Notes: generated from the letters alone by a model not told the origin. Shown: positions 47,658 to 57,314, numbered from the stretch's first letter. The stretch: DNA of 64,000 nt from Candidatus Pacearchaeota archaeon (GCA_002688015.1 NZBT01000006.1:915-64914), one strand, 5' to 3'. Program-made: numbers and translations.

Positions 47658-48272
47658 ATGACATTCGACAAGGAAAAAGCGTTGAAGCAGTTAGAAGAAT
47701 TGGAAAAGTTGGGAAAAGATAAGAGGTTAGCTGCTGATGAATGGGATGAAGATTGGAAAATTTTGATTGCTGTCCTGCTTTCTGCAAGGACAATGGATAA
47801 GACAACGATTCCTATTGCTGAAAAGTTGTTTGAGAAATATGATTCTGTGGAAAAGCTAGCTAAAGCTTCGGAGAAGGAAGTTGCTGAAGGTATAAGTGGG
47901 GTTAATTTTTATTTGAATAAAGCAAGATATGTGAAGGCTCTTGTTGAGAAACTTCTTAAGGACTATGATGGTAAGGTGCCTCATGATTTTGATAAACTTG
48001 TGGAATTGCCTGGAGTTGGGAGAAAGACAGCAAATGTATTCTTGGCTGCGAAGGGAGAGATGACAATTGGAATCGATACTCATGTTGATTATATTAGTCA
48101 TTATCTTGGATGGACGAAGGGAAAGAAGCAAGAAGAGGTTGAGAAAGATCTAAAGGGTATTTTTCCGGAGAGGTTGTGGGGGAAGTTAAATTGGACACTT
48201 GTGCGTTTTGGGCAAACTTATACTAATAGAACGGAGAAGAATAAGATTTTAGACAGGATTAAAGAGCTTTGA
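47658..48272 (+). CDS. nth: Endonuclease III (HhH-GPD) lacking the Fe-S motif
   Basis: LIAVLLSART, LPGVGRKTAN, IDTHV; the protein contains no Cys. Confidence 0.92.
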   Translation: MTFDKEKALKQLEELEKLGKDKRLAADEWDEDWKILIAVLLSARTMDKTTIPIAEKLFEKYDSVEKLAKASEKEVAEGISGVNFYLNKARYVKALVEKLLKDYDGKVPHDFDKLVELPGVGRKTANVFLAAKGEMTIGIDTHVDYISHYLGWTKGKKQEEVEKDLKGIFPERLWGKLNWTLVRFGQTYTNRTEKNKILDRIKEL

Positions 48273-48308
48273 GGTAACATTTATAAGGTTGTTTTTTGAA
48301 GAATAGTT

Positions 48309-48545
48309 ATGGCGAAAGATAATAAGATTCAGATGCCCGGAGCATTTGGCGGGCTTATGAGATATGATGAGGAATATAATAGTAGATTTATGATGTCTCC
48401 TGTGGCTGTAATTGTATTTGTTGTTTTAATAGTAATTCTTGTGTTATTATTAAAAGTTATTTTTCCTGCCAATATTGTTCCTGTGGACACTATAGGAAGT
48501 GTTCCTATCTCTCCTCATGGATTGATTCTTAGTTTGTTAGAATAA
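48309..48545 (+). CDS. secG: Preprotein translocase Sec61-beta subunit
   Basis: GGLMRYDEE...MSP..V followed by TM. Confidence 0.88.
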   Translation: MAKDNKIQMPGAFGGLMRYDEEYNSRFMMSPVAVIVFVVLIVILVLLLKVIFPANIVPVDTIGSVPISPHGLILSLLE

Positions 48546-48579
48546 TAAATATTAAATAGTTCTGACTGGTTTGGATGAT

Positions 48580-49028
48580 ATGGAGGAGGAGAAAAAAAAT
48601 AGGTGTTGGATTTGGTGTTATGATACTTAATTCTGAAGGAAATGTTTTGTTGGGAAAGAGACATGAAGATTCTGAGAAAGCAGATAGTTTACTTGCTGGA
48701 GCTGGGACTTGGACAATGCCTGGGGGAAAGTTGCATTTTGGAGAAAGTTTTGAAGAGGGAGCAAAGAGAGAAGTTATGGAAGAGACAGGAATTGATTTAG
48801 GGAAGAGCGAAGCTATTGCCATTAATAGTGATCAAGTTGAAGAAGTTCATTTTATTACAATAGGTCTACTTTGCAAGGAATTTGAAGGCAAAGCGGAAGT
48901 TAAGGAGCCTGATGAGATTACTGAATGGAAATGGTTTTTCTCTTGAAGAGCTACCAGAACCAATGTATTTTCCCAGTGCGAAGATATTGAAGAATTATCC
49001 AAAGAAAGAGTTTTATATTTCTGATTAG
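48580..49028 (+). pseudogene. NUDIX hydrolase with apparent homopolymer frameshifts
   Basis: Nudix box GGKLHFGESFEEGAKREVMEETG. One extra T at 48935-48939 cuts off WFSLEELPEPMYFP..; the TATA-predicted ATG 48580 needs one A removed from A8. Confidence 0.75.
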
Positions 49029-49062
49029 AAAACTATATAAAATACTATTTCTGAGCTGATGT

Positions 49063-49398
49063 ATGATACCTGGACTTGGAGGAATGAATCCTAAGAAAAT
49101 GGCTGGAATGATGAAGCAAATGGGCATTGATCAAGATGAAATTGATGCTGACAGAGTTGAAATTTTTAAGAAAGATGGGAGTAAAATAACAGTTGAAAAT
49201 GCTCAAGTTGTAAGGATAAGCATGCAAGGGAATGAGAGTTTTCAAGTTACTGGAGATATAGGTGAGGGAGAAGCGGGTTTAAATGAGGATGATGTTAAGA
49301 TGGTTGCGGAGAAGACAGGAAAGAGTGAGAATGAGGCTAAGAAGGCTTTAGAAGAAAGTGAAGGAGATATTGCTCAAGCGATTGTTAAGCTTTCATAG
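49063..49398 (+). CDS. nac: Nascent polypeptide-associated complex
   Basis: MNPKKMAGMMKQMGI; UBA domain DVKMVAEKTG..A..AL....GDIAQAI. Confidence 0.96.
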   Translation: MIPGLGGMNPKKMAGMMKQMGIDQDEIDADRVEIFKKDGSKITVENAQVVRISMQGNESFQVTGDIGEGEAGLNEDDVKMVAEKTGKSENEAKKALEESEGDIAQAIVKLS

Positions 49399-49432
49399 AC
49401 AGATATATTAATTTCTTTTACCTCTGAAATGT

Positions 49433-49918
49433 ATGGTAGAAAACATTCATAAAGAGTTTATTGACAGTCTGATTGAAGCAGAGAAGGCTTGGCAGAGCGG
49501 AGATCATTTAACTTATGTTACATATCCTGTTGTTAAGGATGATAAGCTTCTTTTAAGGGCTTTGGAGAATCTTTATGAGAGTGTTGTTAAAACGATAAGC
49601 ACTGTTTTAAGATTTGAATATTTGTATAAAAGGATTGAACTTAGTAAAGATAGTAAAAGGAATTTAGAGATGTTTTTTAAGAAATGTGGGGGAAGATATG
49701 GACTTGGGGCGGAGGAAAGAGAGATTATTAAAGAGATTATATTTTTTGGGAAAAAACATAAAGAAGCAAGTGTGGAGTTTTCCGGGAAAGGGAAGTCATA
49801 TATAATTGATGATGATTTGGGAAAAATTGAGTTGGATGTAGTTAAATTAAAGAGTTTTCTTGAAATAAGTAGAAAACTACTGGAAAATGCTAACAGGAAT
49901 TTTAAGGAAATTTTTTAG
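49433..49918 (+). CDS. Hypothetical helical protein with DHL.YV motif
   Basis: AEKAWQSGDHLTYVTY; resembles the next gene. Confidence 0.75.
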   Translation: MVENIHKEFIDSLIEAEKAWQSGDHLTYVTYPVVKDDKLLLRALENLYESVVKTISTVLRFEYLYKRIELSKDSKRNLEMFFKKCGGRYGLGAEEREIIKEIIFFGKKHKEASVEFSGKGKSYIIDDDLGKIELDVVKLKSFLEISRKLLENANRNFKEIF

Positions 49919-49976
49919 AAAGGTATTTAAATAAGTTTGGCCTTGTTAACTTTCTCCGTATGGGGTGCATTTTTGA

Positions 49977-50402
49977 ATGGAAAGAATAATTAAGGAGAAG
50001 ATTAGTGCCGATCATTTACTTTACGTATCTTTAAAGTATACTAAGACTTGTGATGTTATTATTAATCTTCTTTTGAGATGGAAGATAATGATCGAAATGG
50101 CTATGGATCATCTAGTTGAGAAAGCAAAAAAGGAAAAAAAGTGGAAGCCTGTTCCTGATGCTCCGAGAGCGAAACTGATTCAGCTAAAGAAAATCTATGA
50201 AAAGGATAAAGTTATTTCTGAGACTCTTGATTTATATGAACTTTTTAGAGATATTGAAAAGTTGGATAAAATTAGAGAAAGTGAGTTTAGGAAAGGTGTT
50301 AATTTAAAAGTTACCTATAAAGGAGAAGAAATTGATGTTAATTTAGATAAGTTAAAAGAATATTCTAATTTGTTAGAAAGGTTTATAAGCTCTTTGAAAT
50401 AG
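49977..50402 (+). CDS. Hypothetical helical protein with DHL.YV motif
   Basis: EKISADHLLYVSLKYTKT; SD-like ggggtg upstream. Confidence 0.75.
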   Translation: MERIIKEKISADHLLYVSLKYTKTCDVIINLLLRWKIMIEMAMDHLVEKAKKEKKWKPVPDAPRAKLIQLKKIYEKDKVISETLDLYELFRDIEKLDKIRESEFRKGVNLKVTYKGEEIDVNLDKLKEYSNLLERFISSLK

Positions 50403-50442
50403 TCATTCTTACTTTAAATTAAACATATAGATTTTAAAAAGA

Positions 50443-51198
50443 ATGACAAGATTGATAACAATAACTTCAGGAAAAGGAGGGGTTGGGAAGACGACAACAG
50501 CCATTAATCTCGGAGCGGCGTTGAACGCTTTTGGAAAAGAGGTCGTAATTTTAGATGCAAATTTAACAACTCCAAATGTAGGACTCCATTTAGGAGCTCC
50601 GATAGTGCCAGTTAGTTTAAATCATGTTTTGTCTGGAAAGGCAAAGATAGATGATGCGATTTATGAGCATGGATCTGGAACAAAGATTGTTCCTAGCTCT
50701 CTTTCTATTAAGGAACTTAGAACTATTAATCATAATAAGCTAAAAGATGTTGGAAAAAAATTGAAAAAAATGGCAGATTTTGTTATTTATGATTCTGCTG
50801 CTGGTTTGGGAGATGAAGCTGTTGCTTCTATGGAATCTGCAGATGAACTTATTATTGTTACGAATCCTGAAATACCTGCTGTTACAGATGCTTTGAAAGC
50901 TAGTAAACTTGCTGAGCAGTTAGGTAAGGAGATAAAAGGAGTTATAGTTACAAGGAGTAATGGAACTAAAGGAGAGATGCCAGTTGCAAATGTTGCTGAC
51001 ATGCTTGAACTTCCGATTCTTGGAGTTATTCCAGAAGATGGCAATATTAGGCAAAGTGTGATAATGAAGGATGCTTTGGTACATACTCATCCAAAGTGTA
51101 AAGCGGCAAAAGCTTATAGAAAAATTGCTGCAAAGATTATTGGAAAAGATAATTATAAGGATCCTTATGATGGTTTCTGGGATAGATTGTTTGGCTAG
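50443..51198 (+). CDS. minD: MinD-family ATPase with C-terminal amphipathic helix
   Basis: SGKGGVGKTT, DSAAG, VTNPE, IPED, GFWDRLFG. Confidence 0.95.
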   Translation: MTRLITITSGKGGVGKTTTAINLGAALNAFGKEVVILDANLTTPNVGLHLGAPIVPVSLNHVLSGKAKIDDAIYEHGSGTKIVPSSLSIKELRTINHNKLKDVGKKLKKMADFVIYDSAAGLGDEAVASMESADELIIVTNPEIPAVTDALKASKLAEQLGKEIKGVIVTRSNGTKGEMPVANVADMLELPILGVIPEDGNIRQSVIMKDALVHTHPKCKAAKAYRKIAAKIIGKDNYKDPYDGFWDRLFG

Positions 51199-51211
51199 AT
51201 AGATTGTTGTT

Positions 51212-52639
51212 TCATTTTATCTTCTCGAAAAGAATTGGGGATTTTTTAATTTTGCTGACTTTTAACGGGGCTTTTAGATCTTTGAGAGTCAGAGAAAAGT
51301 TGAATATCTTTGCTATCTTTTCGCTTGTTTCAGGGAGGAAAGGAGAAAGGAGAATTGTGGCATCTTTTATTGCGTTTGCTAATTCGTATAAGACTGTTTG
51401 AGACTTTGTTTCCCAGGGTTTTTTCTTTTGAATGTATTCATTTGTTTTATCAATGAAAGCGAAAATTTCGTTGAGAGCACGATCTGTTTCATAATTTTCT
51501 AAGTGCTTTGTTACGGATTTTAGAACGGGAGATGAATTTAACTTTGAACTCACAGGTTTTTCAATTCCGTATTTTTCTGCTAGCGCGGAGACACGAGAGA
51601 CTAAGTTTCCAAGTTTGTTAGCTAGTTCATCATTATGTCTTTGTTGGAGAAGAGATTCGCTATAATCAGAGTCTTCGAATACGGTATTTCTTAATAGAGA
51701 ATAACGTACTGTGTCTGCGTTGTATTTTTCTAAGAGATCAAGAGGATCTATTGTGTTTCCTGTTGATTTTGACATTTTCTTTCCTGAGATGTTTAGATAT
51801 CCATGGACAAGTAATTTTTTTGGTAGGGGATAATCAGCAGAGAGAAGGATTGCTGGCCAGATTACGCTATGAAACCAGTTGATTCCTTTTCCTATAACAT
51901 GAGTATCTGCGGGCCAGTATTTTTTCTCTTTACTTTTTAAGCCAGAGACGTAGTTGATTAATGCATCAATCCAAACCCAGACTTTGAAATCTTCATGGCT
52001 TGGGAAAGGGACACCAATTTCAACATCTTTTCTAGAAATGTTAATGTCGTTTAAACCTTCCTTTACTCTAACTAGTACTTCGTTTGCTTTGCTTTTAGGT
52101 GTTACATACTTAGGAATTAACTTGAGAAGTTGATCTTGGTATTTGGATAGTTTGAAGAAGTAAGCTTCTTCTTTTCTTTGTTCTGGAACAGTGTTATGTT
52201 CGGGACATTTTCCATCAACTAATTCTTTTTCAGTATAATATGATTCACACCCAGTGCAATATAGGCCCGAGTATTCTCCTTTGTATATGTCTCCCTTATC
52301 AAGAATTTTTTGAATTATTTTTTGAACAACTTTTCCATGTTCTGATGCAGAAGTTCTTATGAAGTCGTTATGAGAAATGTTTAATTTTTTACTTAATTCT
52401 AGAAAGAAAGCTGTGTTTTTATCTACGAATTCTTTTACGGGAATTCCTGCTTTCTCAGCTGCTTGAACGTTTTTTTGAGCGTTTTCATCTACTCCTGTTA
52501 GAAAGAAGACATCTTTATCTTGAAGACGATTCCATCTAGCAATTACGTCTGATATTACTTTTTCGAATGCGTGTCCTACGTGAGGTTTTGCATTGACGTA
52601 ATCTATTGCAGTTGTTATGTAGTACTTTTCTTTTACCAT
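51212..52639 (-). CDS. metG: Methionyl-tRNA synthetase, short monomeric form
   Basis: YITTAIDYVNAKPHVGH, YCTGCE..CPEH, VWIDALINY, KMSKS. Confidence 0.97.
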   Translation of the reverse strand: MVKEKYYITTAIDYVNAKPHVGHAFEKVISDVIARWNRLQDKDVFFLTGVDENAQKNVQAAEKAGIPVKEFVDKNTAFFLELSKKLNISHNDFIRTSASEHGKVVQKIIQKILDKGDIYKGEYSGLYCTGCESYYTEKELVDGKCPEHNTVPEQRKEEAYFFKLSKYQDQLLKLIPKYVTPKSKANEVLVRVKEGLNDINISRKDVEIGVPFPSHEDFKVWVWIDALINYVSGLKSKEKKYWPADTHVIGKGINWFHSVIWPAILLSADYPLPKKLLVHGYLNISGKKMSKSTGNTIDPLDLLEKYNADTVRYSLLRNTVFEDSDYSESLLQQRHNDELANKLGNLVSRVSALAEKYGIEKPVSSKLNSSPVLKSVTKHLENYETDRALNEIFAFIDKTNEYIQKKKPWETKSQTVLYELANAIKDATILLSPFLPETSEKIAKIFNFSLTLKDLKAPLKVSKIKKSPILFEKIK

Positions 52640-52714
52640 GTAATGAAATGCTTGAAATAGTTTAAAAAGGTAACTGAGAGATAAGTTTTTAAAGCGTTTT
52701 TTGCAGATGATATC

Positions 52715-53299
52715 ATGGTAAAGGGATTAAGTCATTATTTGAAAGAAGCATGGAAAAAGCCTGGCAGAGAGCTTTTGCATGGAAAGATGATTCAGTGGAG
52801 AGCTGGAGATGCTATTGAAAAAGTTGAAAGACCATTGAGATTAGATAAAGCTAGAGCAATGGGATATAAGGCTAAGCGTGGAGTGATTGTAGTAAGAGTT
52901 AGAATAAATAGAGGAGGAAGAAAGAGACAGAGAGCAGGTGTTAAAGGAAGAAAGACAAGGAAGCAGACAATTAGAAAAACATTGAAAATGAATTATAGAC
53001 AAGTTGCGGAGATAAGAGCTGCAAGGAAATATAAGAGTCTTGAAGTTTTGAATAGTTATTGGATTGGAAAAGATGGAAAGCATTATTTTTATGAAGTTAT
53101 ATTAATTGATACTAGTAAGGCTGAGATAAAGTCTGATAGGACGTTGAAGTGGATTGTTTCTGGAAAGAATAGTAAAAGGGCTGAGCGTGGCTTGACTTCA
53201 GCTGGGAAGAAAGGTAGAGGATTGAAGAGTAAGAGAGGAAAGAGCCCAACATTAAAAGTAAGACCTAGCCTTCGTGCAAGAAGTAGGCAGGGGAAATAA
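52715..53299 (+). CDS. rpl15e: 50S ribosomal protein L15e
   Basis: RLDKARAMGYKAK, LEVLNSYWIGKDG, RGLTSAGKKGRGL. Confidence 0.98.
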   Translation: MVKGLSHYLKEAWKKPGRELLHGKMIQWRAGDAIEKVERPLRLDKARAMGYKAKRGVIVVRVRINRGGRKRQRAGVKGRKTRKQTIRKTLKMNYRQVAEIRAARKYKSLEVLNSYWIGKDGKHYFYEVILIDTSKAEIKSDRTLKWIVSGKNSKRAERGLTSAGKKGRGLKSKRGKSPTLKVRPSLRARSRQGK

Positions 53300-53300
53300 A

Positions 53301-53534
53301 ATGATAGATAGAATTGATATGGGACAAGGCCATTATGTTAATTTAGACATTCATAAGAGAGATGGTGTTGTTGCACAAAGTGTTTCTGGAATTAAGAAAG
53401 CTGAAGAAGTAGCAGGAGAAAAAGCCGCATTAGAAAACAGAACTAAAGGTGCAGCCTACAGACTCAATGTTCTAACAGGTAAAGTTTTGCCTGTTGCTGA
53501 AAGTGGTAAAGGAAATTTGAATAATTTTGCTTAA
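53301..53534 (+). CDS. Hypothetical protein
   Basis: ATG 1 nt after the rpl15e stop; 77 aa. Confidence 0.6.
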   Translation: MIDRIDMGQGHYVNLDIHKRDGVVAQSVSGIKKAEEVAGEKAALENRTKGAAYRLNVLTGKVLPVAESGKGNLNNFA

Positions 53535-55813
53535 TCTTTTTCAGATTCTTCTTTCTTGAACTTTTCTTTGTATTCTTTAGGTTTATAATCTGGATTCTTC
53601 TTTTTCCAATCGGGATCGAAGGGGAATTCCCAAGGACGTTTGCCTTTCTTTATTGACATTAAGATATGGAGACCAGATTCATTAGTTTTACCTGTGTTCT
53701 TTACTAAACCGCCAGGAGGAAGAGGGTATGTTGCTCTGCATTCTGGATACGAAGAACAGCCAACGAAATAGCTTCTTACTTTAGGAGAATAGCGGATTTG
53801 TAAATTTCCTTTGTTGCAGACTGGGCAAGGCATTATTGTGTTTTCCTCTCTTTCTTTTTCTCGTTGATTTTCTATTCCGGAGAGGAGAGCTTTCCCTATT
53901 TGCCTTTCTTTTTCTTTAAATTCTTTTGAAATATCTGTGATTACTGATTTTGCTTCGTTGATTATCTTTTGTTCTTTTTCTGGAAGTTTTTCAGAGGATT
54001 TTATTTTTTGAATTTCTTCCATTTGTTTCTCTAGAGAACGTGTGAGATTTTCATCTATAATGATTGAAGAGTATTTTTCAAGAGTTTCAATTAATTTCAT
54101 TCCTAAAGGTGTTGCTTTAATTGATCTTCCATCTAGGTATCCTCTGTCGAAAAGAGTATCAACTATGGAAGACCTTGTTGCTTTTGTTCCGAGATTCTTT
54201 TTTTCAAGAGTTGTTATTAGTGATGCTGGAGAATATCTTCTAGGAGGCAGAGTTTCTTTTTCTTCGAAATCAATTTTTGATATTTTTACTGGTCCAGAAA
54301 GGGAAGGGATTTCAGACTCTTCTACAGATGCTGGATATATTTGAGTCCAGCCTTTGTCAATTATTTTTAGTCCAGATGCTGTAAATGTGCTTTTCTCTTT
54401 GTTGTCAGCAGTGATTTTTGTTCTTTTATTCGCTGTTATTAAGTCAGGAGAGAAGCAAGAAAGGAAACGTTTTACAATTAATTCATAGAGTTTCTTTTCT
54501 TGGTCTTCTAATAGGGCTGGTTCGCCTGTTGGATAAATAGAAGGGTGTGCAGGGTCTGATTTCTTTCCTTCTATTGGTTTAGGGCGAGTTGCTTTTGAAA
54601 CAAGAGTTGGGAATTGTTTTTTAAGAGATTTAATAATTGCTTTAGGATTAATTGCATCAGGTATTTTTTGACTGCTTGTTCTGGGATAAGAGATGAGTCC
54701 AGAGAGATATAGTTTTTGTGCAATCTTAAGTGTTGCAGATGGAGAGATTTTGTACCAACGATATGCTTCTCTTTGTAAGGAAGTTAAGTCAAATGGAGTT
54801 TGGGGCTGAATAGATTCTTGTTTTTCAGTTGTTTCTGCTGTTCCGGACTTTATATCCTTGAAAGAATCAAGCTGTTTCTTGTCGAAAATGTCTTTTGGGT
54901 GTTTGTATTTTTGTTTTTTTACTGTTGCATAGACATTCCAGTATGGCTCGGATTTAAAGGCAGAGATTTCTTTTTCTCTGTCCACTATTACTTTTAGAGC
55001 AGGGCCTTGAACACGGCCTATGGAGAGTATCTTGAAGCTTCCCGAGGTCTTAATTGCAGCCATAAGAGCTCTGGAAAGGTTAATTCCGTAAAGCCAGTCT
55101 AGTATGTGTCTGGCTTCTCCTGCATAAGCATGTCCCCAATCGAGTTCGGGCATTAGAGATTGATAGGATTTGATTAGTTCTGGCTTTGTAAGAGTAGAAT
55201 ATTTCATTCTGGAAGCATTAGGTTGATTGCAAATGAAACGTAGAACGTTCCAACCGATTACTTCTCCTTCTATATCATAGTCTGTTGCAATTATGAAATT
55301 AGAAGCGCGCTTTGATAGTTTTTTTAACACATTGTAATAAGGTTTTGTGAAAGCTCCCGCTTTCTTTTCGAAGCTTGGGATCCACTCTGTTTCAAAGATT
55401 GGATAGCCTTTCTGACCTTTTACATAGTTTAAGTTGAATAAGTGCCCCACTGCGTTTGCCACAACTATCTTTTGACCTTTGTGTTCGAGTTCATAATAGG
55501 AAACTTTTCCTTCCTTTATCTGTGTTGCTTTGGAATCTGCTAGAGCTGTTGCAATTTTGTTTGCTGCTTGAGGTTTTTCAGTTATTATTAAAGTATACTC
55601 TTTGGGTGTTACGTCTTTAGTTATTGAAGAAGAAGCCTTCGCTCTTGATTTTCTTCTTTTCTTCTTTATGGTTTTTCCTGGTTTTTCTAATTGTCTTGGA
55701 GTGGGTTTTCCTGGGGATTCTATTTTTGTTAATTCAGAAATTGAAGGTTTTTGTTTAACAGTTTTCTCTACAACTTGCCTTACATTTTGCACATCTATGT
55801 ATTCTTGTGCCAT
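53531..55813 (-). CDS. topA: DNA topoisomerase I (type IA)
   Basis: IITEKP, ATDYDIEGE, SIGRVQ, LISYPRT (catalytic Tyr), one C-terminal Zn ribbon. Confidence 0.98.
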   Translation of the reverse strand: MAQEYIDVQNVRQVVEKTVKQKPSISELTKIESPGKPTPRQLEKPGKTIKKKRRKSRAKASSSITKDVTPKEYTLIITEKPQAANKIATALADSKATQIKEGKVSYYELEHKGQKIVVANAVGHLFNLNYVKGQKGYPIFETEWIPSFEKKAGAFTKPYYNVLKKLSKRASNFIIATDYDIEGEVIGWNVLRFICNQPNASRMKYSTLTKPELIKSYQSLMPELDWGHAYAGEARHILDWLYGINLSRALMAAIKTSGSFKILSIGRVQGPALKVIVDREKEISAFKSEPYWNVYATVKKQKYKHPKDIFDKKQLDSFKDIKSGTAETTEKQESIQPQTPFDLTSLQREAYRWYKISPSATLKIAQKLYLSGLISYPRTSSQKIPDAINPKAIIKSLKKQFPTLVSKATRPKPIEGKKSDPAHPSIYPTGEPALLEDQEKKLYELIVKRFLSCFSPDLITANKRTKITADNKEKSTFTASGLKIIDKGWTQIYPASVEESEIPSLSGPVKISKIDFEEKETLPPRRYSPASLITTLEKKNLGTKATRSSIVDTLFDRGYLDGRSIKATPLGMKLIETLEKYSSIIIDENLTRSLEKQMEEIQKIKSSEKLPEKEQKIINEAKSVITDISKEFKEKERQIGKALLSGIENQREKEREENTIMPCPVCNKGNLQIRYSPKVRSYFVGCSSYPECRATYPLPPGGLVKNTGKTNESGLHILMSIKKGKRPWEFPFDPDWKKKNPDYKPKEYKEKFKKEESEKD

Positions 55814-56015
55814 TTTGGTGTTTACTAGAGAAATGTAGATATTTTAAAGGTTATAGTTTTTGTGGAGGATTGATGAATAAGGTTAAATTTAAATAGAGAT
55901 TTTCTTTCTTTTTAGTATGGCGGAATTAATACATTGGATTAAGCCTTTGATATTTAATTTATATTTATCCTAAGGATGCGATAGATATATAAAGGTAAAT
56001 AAAACTTTCTAGCTT

Positions 56016-56381
56016 ATGTTTAATGAAAATACTAATCTTTCAAATAGAATTTTAGGGGAGAATTCTATGAATAAGATTTTTATAAGATCACAATCGAGAC
56101 AGCGCGGTGCTGCGATGATTCCAGGGATGTTTAGGGTAGGTGCCTTACTGTATTCGGCAGTTATTCCAAGTATTTTGGGATATCAGATAGCGACTGGAAA
56201 TGTTATTCAAGATATGGGTGATGTTCGTTATTTTGTACCTGGCCCCCTTATTGGAGGACTTGCTTCTTTGGTTGATGAAACACCTTCTGATGCTGGCTTT
56301 ACGGCTGGTTTCTTCTTTGCTTTTGAGGCTGTATCTTTTGGAATTGGATATGGGATAGGATGTTTATCTGCTTTGTCCTGA
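56016..56381 (+). CDS. Hypothetical Gly-rich membrane protein
   Basis: Three hydrophobic segments, GIGYGIG; start uncertain. Confidence 0.65.
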   Translation: MFNENTNLSNRILGENSMNKIFIRSQSRQRGAAMIPGMFRVGALLYSAVIPSILGYQIATGNVIQDMGDVRYFVPGPLIGGLASLVDETPSDAGFTAGFFFAFEAVSFGIGYGIGCLSALS

Positions 56382-56455
56382 AAATTAGTAATAGGGAATT
56401 GAAAAAGAAGGATTAGTATCTAAATTGTTAAATATTGTTGTTAATTGAAATAGTT

Positions 56456-56671
56456 ATGTCATATGAAGATTTTAGAAGGGCTATTTATGAGGTTATAGAG
56501 GATAGAACTGGGATGAATCCCCATGTTTTTGTTGATTTGCCTATTGATGAGCAAAGAAAACATATGGAAAGAAGAACGGGGAAACCAATGCAATTTACAG
56601 GTGTTGATTCTGGGATGAAGGTTTTATCTCATTCAGAAGTTGAAGCAATGCTTGATAAGGCTTTGCTTTAG
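56456..56671 (+). CDS. Hypothetical protein
   Basis: TATA spacing gives start 56456 (MSYEDFRR). Confidence 0.65.
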   Translation: MSYEDFRRAIYEVIEDRTGMNPHVFVDLPIDEQRKHMERRTGKPMQFTGVDSGMKVLSHSEVEAMLDKALL

Positions 56672-57264
56672 AGCTCAATTATTTTACCTTCCCTTCCCAC
56701 ATTAATGACTCTTGTTGATCCTATTGTTTCTTCTAGGCCGTGGGCTTCGTGGATATGTCCGTGGAGAAGGAAATCGGGCTTGAATTTCTTGATTGCTTTT
56801 TCTATGGCATTAGAGCCAGGGATACCAGAGAATTCAGACTTGCTTCCTGCAGGATGATCATGAGTTAACATGATTTTCTTTTTCGTTGTCTTCAGTCCTG
56901 CATGAGCTTTTTCCAGAGTTTTCATGATTTCGGAATCTGAAGTGTCTCCTGGGCCTGGAGCACGAGCACCGCCTGCTCCGAAGAATCCGATGTCTTCGTA
57001 AATTGCGGAATAGCCATGAATGTTTTTTACCCCATATAAAGTTGCTATGAAGTCTGCTGTTGCGAAAGAATCCCAGTTTCCTGGAAGAAGAAGAACGTGT
57101 TTCTTTTTGTCTTTGAATGGTTTAATGATGTCTTTTGTTTCTGAAAAGCCAGTTATGTCACCACATAGAATAACTAGATCAACATTTTCAGATTCTGCAC
57201 GCTGAGCTAGCCTTTTTGCTATTTTTGATTCTCCATGTATATCTGATGCTGCTAGGATTTTCAT
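56668..57264 (-). CDS. Calcineurin-like metallophosphoesterase
   Basis: SDIHG, CGD, PGNWD, THDHP, HGHIHE. Confidence 0.93.
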   Translation of the reverse strand: MKILAASDIHGESKIAKRLAQRAESENVDLVILCGDITGFSETKDIIKPFKDKKKHVLLLPGNWDSFATADFIATLYGVKNIHGYSAIYEDIGFFGAGGARAPGPGDTSDSEIMKTLEKAHAGLKTTKKKIMLTHDHPAGSKSEFSGIPGSNAIEKAIKKFKPDFLLHGHIHEAHGLEETIGSTRVINVGREGKIIEL

Positions 57265-57314
57265 GATAATGAGAGAAAAGTTAGGTTTATAAGTTTAAGG
57301 AATTAGTAATCAGG

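Noticed and set aside
41621..55813. Inteins in MCM or TopA; tRNA introns or split tRNAs elsewhere in the window
   Set aside because: Protein lengths and motif spacing are normal; all five tRNAs fold as contiguous cloverleaves.
55860..56671. Provirus or defence island among the orphan clusters
   Set aside because: No integrase, capsid, packaging ATPase or recognisable defence gene; orphans are interspersed singly among core genes.
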